This document shows positions 59,332 to 64,000 of a stretch of DNA of 64,000 nt, one piece after another; the stretch's first letter is position 1; each line of letters opens with the position of its first letter. Under the pieces are notes generated by a model. It saw nothing but the letters and a program-made list of their open reading frames with translations, was not told the origin of the DNA and searched no databases. The position numbers and the translations under genes were made by a program. Source of the DNA: Trichosphaerium sp. ATCC 40318 (lineage: Eukaryota; Protista; Tubulinea); contig JALMLS010000064.1 of NCBI GenBank assembly GCA_038496445.1, positions 186,001-250,000 on the forward strand, in the 5' to 3' direction.

Positions 59332-59619
59332 TTAGCACATGTCCATTGTTCGCCATCCTTGCTTTGATAGATCGTTCAATAGCTCTGAGTATATAGCATC
59401 GTAGTTTTTAAATGCGAATTTAGGACCCTCTGAAAACTCGACTGTAGGCGGATCTTCCAGCGCTTCACGCGTACCAACCGTATACTCATCGCCCCAGTCC
59501 TTGTTGCATGCTTTTAAGTCTATTTTGTGTTTTTTGCCTTTTGAGTCACTGTACTCAACGAATTCTTTTGTGACACTCACAATTCGTGCTTCTCCCTCCC
59601 CAATAGTTATTGTTTGCAT
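59332..59619 (-). CDS. Intronless 95-aa hypothetical protein
   Basis: Clean ATG-to-stop ORF, head-to-head (122 bp) with the COG0523 gene. Confidence 0.55.
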   Translation of the reverse strand: MQTITIGEGEARIVSVTKEFVEYSDSKGKKHKIDLKACNKDWGDEYTVGTREALEDPPTVEFSEGPKFAFKNYDAIYSELLNDLSKQGWRTMDMC

Positions 59620-59741
59620 GGTTAGCCTAATTCAACTGTTAAAAGCTGTAAACGACTCGTTTATGCAGAACTTGGTTGACTTTTTCGAACGAAAAATAAA
59701 ATTTGTAAAATCCTTTAACAGCGACTACAATAAACGCTCAT

Positions 59742-62700
59742 ATGGCCACTGAAATGAAGAAATTACCTGTTACTGTTTTATCTGGGTTTTTAGGCTCGGG
59801 AAAGGTTAGTAACAAATAAAATTACAAAATCATGTCAAATACAAGTGTTTTGTGTGCTATGGGCCTAAGATCGTAAAATCATAGATTACCAACTCTATTT
59901 CTCTCTTTTTCTCCGTTTTCATTCTTCTCATGCCTTTAGACTACGCTCTTACAACATGTCCTACGTAACAGAGAGGGTTTGAAGGTAAGTAATAACAAAA
60001 CCACGCTTGTAACTCATTTAAAAAGGTCGCTGTTATTGTAAATGATATGGGAGAGCGTAAGTAAAGCGGAGAAAACGTTCTGTACTTTGACACTTTTTGT
60101 AGTAAACATTGACGCTCAACTCGTTGGTGATGGCGCTTCACTCTCTCAGGTACGATCCAACGTAACGACAACGCTTAAAAAGGCTACCAGCGTTCAAATT
60201 TATCAATTTTCAAAAAAACTTGCTAAACTCAAGAAACAGGTTGAAGAAAAGCTTGTTGCTATGCAGAATGGTTGTATTTGTTGTACTCTTCGTGAAGATT
60301 TGCTTGAAGAAATCTCCAAATTAGCTCGCATGGGGAAATTCGACTATCTCCTTATTGAGTCTACAGGTGCGTTTACACGAAGGGTTGTAACTCAGTCGAT
60401 CATCAAGTTTGGAGTTTTATTTCTGCTTACAAATATTTTGTAAAAAAGTTTTTCTTTTTTCTTGTTTTTTCGACAAAAAACTCTGCCTTGCGCTGTTGTG
60501 TTATTATGGTTGTATTAACGCTTACGAATTAGGTATATCGGAGCCTTTGCCAGTAGCTGAGACTTTCACATTCGAGTCACCTTCTGATGATGGAACTGGT
60601 ATGATCACCAATTCATCACTAAGCGATATTGCAGAATTGGACACTATGGTACTGCTTTGGATTATGTGACCCTTCTTTCGGTTTTTCCCTTTTGTGTTAT
60701 TATTCCTTACTCTCCTCTTAGGTATCTGTTATCGATGCTTCTCGCTTCACAGAGTATTTGGATAGTATCGAAGACTTGAAAGCAAAGTTCGGTGAATGTA
60801 TGATTTCAAACAATTTTTTTCTCATTTTTGTTTCCTTCAAACGTGTCTTCTCATAGTACTCTCTTAGCGGCTGGTCCTGATGATGAGCGTACAGTAGCAC
60901 AATTGCTTATTGACCAAGTAGAATTCGCAAATGTTCTTCTCATTAACAAGGTAAGAAGCAGCTATCAGTCGGTTTGATTTGTTTCTGTCATATCACTTTC
61001 TTAATACTTACTCTTTAAAGACCGATCTTGTTACAAAAGAAGAGCTCAACAAAGTCATGGGATTGTGCAAGAAGCTTAACCCTGTAGCAAAGATTATTTT
61101 AACAAAATACTCTAAAGTACCTTTGAACAACATCATCAACACAAGTGCGTGATATATTTTTTTTTTCCATTTTTTTTTGTTCCAAACAGTTATTTTTATC
61201 AAGTTGTTCTATCACGTTACTTTCTAACCCTTTCTTCTCTTTAGAGGCTTTCAACTTCGAAGAAGCATCACAACATGCTGGATGGCTACAAGAGCTTCGT
61301 GGAGCACATGTACCTGAGACAGAGGTATTAAAAGGATTTGAAACAAAAAACTTTGATGCTAATTTACCTTTTTGTAGGAATACGGTATTTCTTCTTTCAT
61401 TTACAGAAGTTCCAAGCCTTTCCATCCAACTAGATTCTCCGTAAGTAACCCCCTTCCATCGTAAGATATTCTATGATCTCATTTGTACAAAAATAGGATC
61501 TGTTAGATGCCGGTATACCAAACGTTGTTAGATCCAAAGGTAGGATAGACCCACTCACTGTTTATCATTTTTTTGACTTTTTTTTAAAGGTTCCATTTGG
61601 CTAGCCCCAGAAATGACATTCCGCATTCAATTGAGCGGTGCAGGCAGTACGTTTAGCATTTTATAATTTTCCAGGCTCGTCAAGCCATCCTAAGTCAGAA
61701 GTGCTCCAAAAATTAACACTTTTTTTTCAAAAGAAAACTACGGTCTTGTAAATGCTGGTATGTGGTGGGATGCTATACCAATCGATGAAGTACCTGAAGA
61801 TTATGCTGAAGAGATTAAAAAACGTCTCGCTAGCTGTGATGAATACGGAGACAGACAAATTGAGGTACCTACCACAATCAAAATTGTTCATTTTCTTTTC
61901 CAAGTTTGTATTTTAATTTCTTGAATAGCTCGTTGTTATCGGCGCTCAAATGGATGAAGCTGTTGTTCGTAAGACGCTAGATGCTTGTCTACTCACAGAC
62001 GAAGAGATGAAGGCAGGTCCTGAGGCTTGGATGACATACCCTAACCCATTGGAAACTGCGTACACTGTAAGCCAAAAATCATTCTTTTTCTCTGAAGAAA
62101 GATTTCGAACTAACTTTGTTATAGTCTGGTACTCTTACTCCAGAAGACAAAGCATTGTACATGAATGCACAAATAAGCGTGTGGTATAAACAATTCGCAC
62201 AATTTACTTTTGATACAATCTCTTTGGAGTGTCCAAATGATTTCATCAATTGGTTACAAGAAGGTGCATTTTAAACGAATATCATTTTTTTTCGGATTTC
62301 TTACTTTGTTTTGATTTAGATCACCTTGAAGAAGACCAAATGGATACAGACGAAAAAGAGGTCCCTGAATTCCCTGATTTCGCTAAAGAAGTAGCAAAAC
62401 AAATAGCTGAATTTGGTGGTAAAGTAGTGCCAAAATTGAACTGGAGCGCACCTTCTGTAAGTTTTTTTTTCGAAAATAACCAAGAAAAATAACCAACTAC
62501 GAAACCATGAATCCCTTACATATTAACTTATCATTTCAAGGATTCCACAAAGCCTTTAGTATGCACAACACCTGCTGAGGTTTTCGGCTTATTAAAATCA
62601 TCAGAGCGTTCTGTACAAGACATAGAATGGTACACTCTTTTTTTTATTATTATTTTATGAAAGTAAACTTTTCTTTTTTTGATTTTATTTTTAACCATTT

Positions 62701-63475
62701 GTATAGGTTGCTCGCTCTTCACCAAGAAATTCACGAGAACACACCGGTACGTTTATAATTTATACATGCTTGAATATTTTGTGAGGCGTCAGTTCTCGAA
62801 CTCGCTTTTTTTTCTGTTTCGCTTTGGTCAGGCACTTTGTTAACTCTTTTTCTTTAGGATAACGGTGAATGTGATATACCTTCAGTTGTATTAAATTTGC
62901 GTAAATTTACACCAATCGATAACAACTTTGAGTTCAGATGCTTCGTAACCAATAACAAAATATCAGGTTAGTTTTTTATGACTTTCTATTTTCCTCTTTT
63001 TTTCTTTTTTTTCTGTTGTTTTTGGCAGTTCTTCTGGAATGATTTAATTGATTATTATTTTAGCTCTATGCCAGAGAACCTTGGTTATGGATAAACGTAT
63101 TGTTGACAACAAAAAGACAATCCATGCTGCAATATTCACGTTTTTTAACGACAAAATCATGGGCTCGAAAGTGCCTTACCCTGACTCTCATTGTATCCTC
63201 TGAACATTTTTTGAATTCATTTTTTTAAGTTGATTACATTGACCTCCTTGACTATGATTACAGTCATCCTAGACGTATACGTATGTCCAAAAGAATACAA
63301 GGTTACCATGGTTGATATTGGCGCATTCCATGATGCTGCTGAGGCTTTGTTATTCGATTGGGACCAACTAAATGTCTTGACACCTGAGACACCTGTTGAG
63401 TTCAGGATTATTGAATCTGAGGAGATGCTAAAAGAAATAAAACAACAACAAGAAGAAGAACACGATGATCATTGA
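59742..63475 (+). CDS. COG0523 (CobW/ZNG1-like) Zn-chaperone GTPase fused to CDC123-like ATP-grasp domain
   Basis: LPVTVLSGFLGSGK|TT, VIVNDMGE, NGCICCTLREDL, LIESTG|ISEP, INK|TD, RSKG, GDRQIE|LVVIG. Intron 62067-62124 joins ...PLETAYT|SGTLTPEDKALYMNAQISVWYKQF... to PKLNWSAP, LLKSS, FEFRCFV, LCQR, FILDVY, LLFDW. Confidence 0.8.
63193..63263 (+). other. Putative U12-type (minor spliceosome) GT-AG intron
   Basis: Donor GTATCCTCT; branch TCCTTGAC at 63245-63252, 11 nt before the end of the intron; splicing restores PDSH-F-ILDVYV. Confidence 0.7.
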
Positions 63476-63820
63476 GTAAGCTCAGGCTCAAAAAAAGAAT
63501 AGAAGAGAAGAGAAGAAGAAAGAAAAAGAGCAAAAAAAAAGTACTCAAAAAAACGATTTAAAGAAAAGTAAAAAAAAAAGTTTTTGAACGTTTTTTTCAG
63601 TTTCCAGACTACAAAATCAAAAAAAAACACAAATCATGTACAACTGATATGCCCTTTTAGAAAAAAATAGCACTATTTTTTTTCCACCGCGCATTCACAT
63701 CACATGATTTGGCTTTCTTTTTGAAAATTTTTTTCATCGAAATTTCCTTTTTTTTTCTTGAAATAAGTCAGAAAAAATTCATTATTAATCAGGTTGGTGT
63801 GGCCATCCTTCCTGTAAGAA

Positions 63821-63952
63821 TCACTGTGGTGAACGGGAGAAAAGCTCGGGGCATTTGACTGTGACCCAAAAAAGGCGGGCGAGGCTGTAAGACATATGCG
63901 TTTCAACATCTTTGTTATCCAATTGTTTCACAACAATGGATACTGTCGAACC
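63821..63952 (-). CDS. Possible terminal exon of a gene entering from the right edge
   Basis: Candidate acceptor followed by STVSIVVKQLDNKDVETHMSYSLARLFWVTVKCPELFSRSPQ* and A-rich downstream sequence; no domain recognised. Confidence 0.3.
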   Translation of the reverse strand, partial: GSTVSIVVKQLDNKDVETHMSYSLARLFWVTVKCPELFSRSPQ

Positions 63953-64000
63953 TCTTTTGTTATCAAACAAACAACATCAGGGAATTCTTCAAAAAAATCA

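Overview
AT-rich, gene-dense eukaryotic DNA with many short (~45-60 nt) spliceosomal introns (GTAYGT/GTAAG donors, CTAAC-like branch points), so the ORF track shows only exon fragments. The style suggests a free-living amoeboid protist; this is inference and the taxon cannot be fixed from the sequence. About 23 protein-coding genes were reconstructed by manual splicing. They include a VIT1/CCC1 iron transporter (partial), a CH-SAM protein, a PPR protein, a giant SPRY-PH-HECT E3 ligase, a saposin-acid ceramidase fusion, cystinosin, F-box/NHL, ABCG, Rab32/38-like GTPase, a SIRT6/7-Kelch fusion, an ankyrin protein, a secreted RTX-repeat protein, CoA-transferase III, an ML/NPC2 protein, a SAM-TM protein, a Swt1-like HEPN protein and a PB1-TKL kinase. 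The standout is a gene at 35970-41529, where a near-perfect histone H3 N-terminal tail (27/28 residues, no histone fold) splices in frame to an AT-hook, a SHOCT-like motif, DUF4062, a NACHT/STAND ATPase and exon-modular TPRs. It is a candidate NLR-like receptor with an integrated histone-tail decoy, and it lies divergently from a SIRT6/7-Kelch gene. Also notable are an in-frame COG0523 (CobW/ZNG1) zinc-chaperone GTPase-CDC123 fusion carrying a U12-type intron, several GC-AG introns and strong CACGTG enrichment. No tRNA, rRNA, CRISPR array or transposon was recognised. All gene models are manual and need RNA-seq confirmation.
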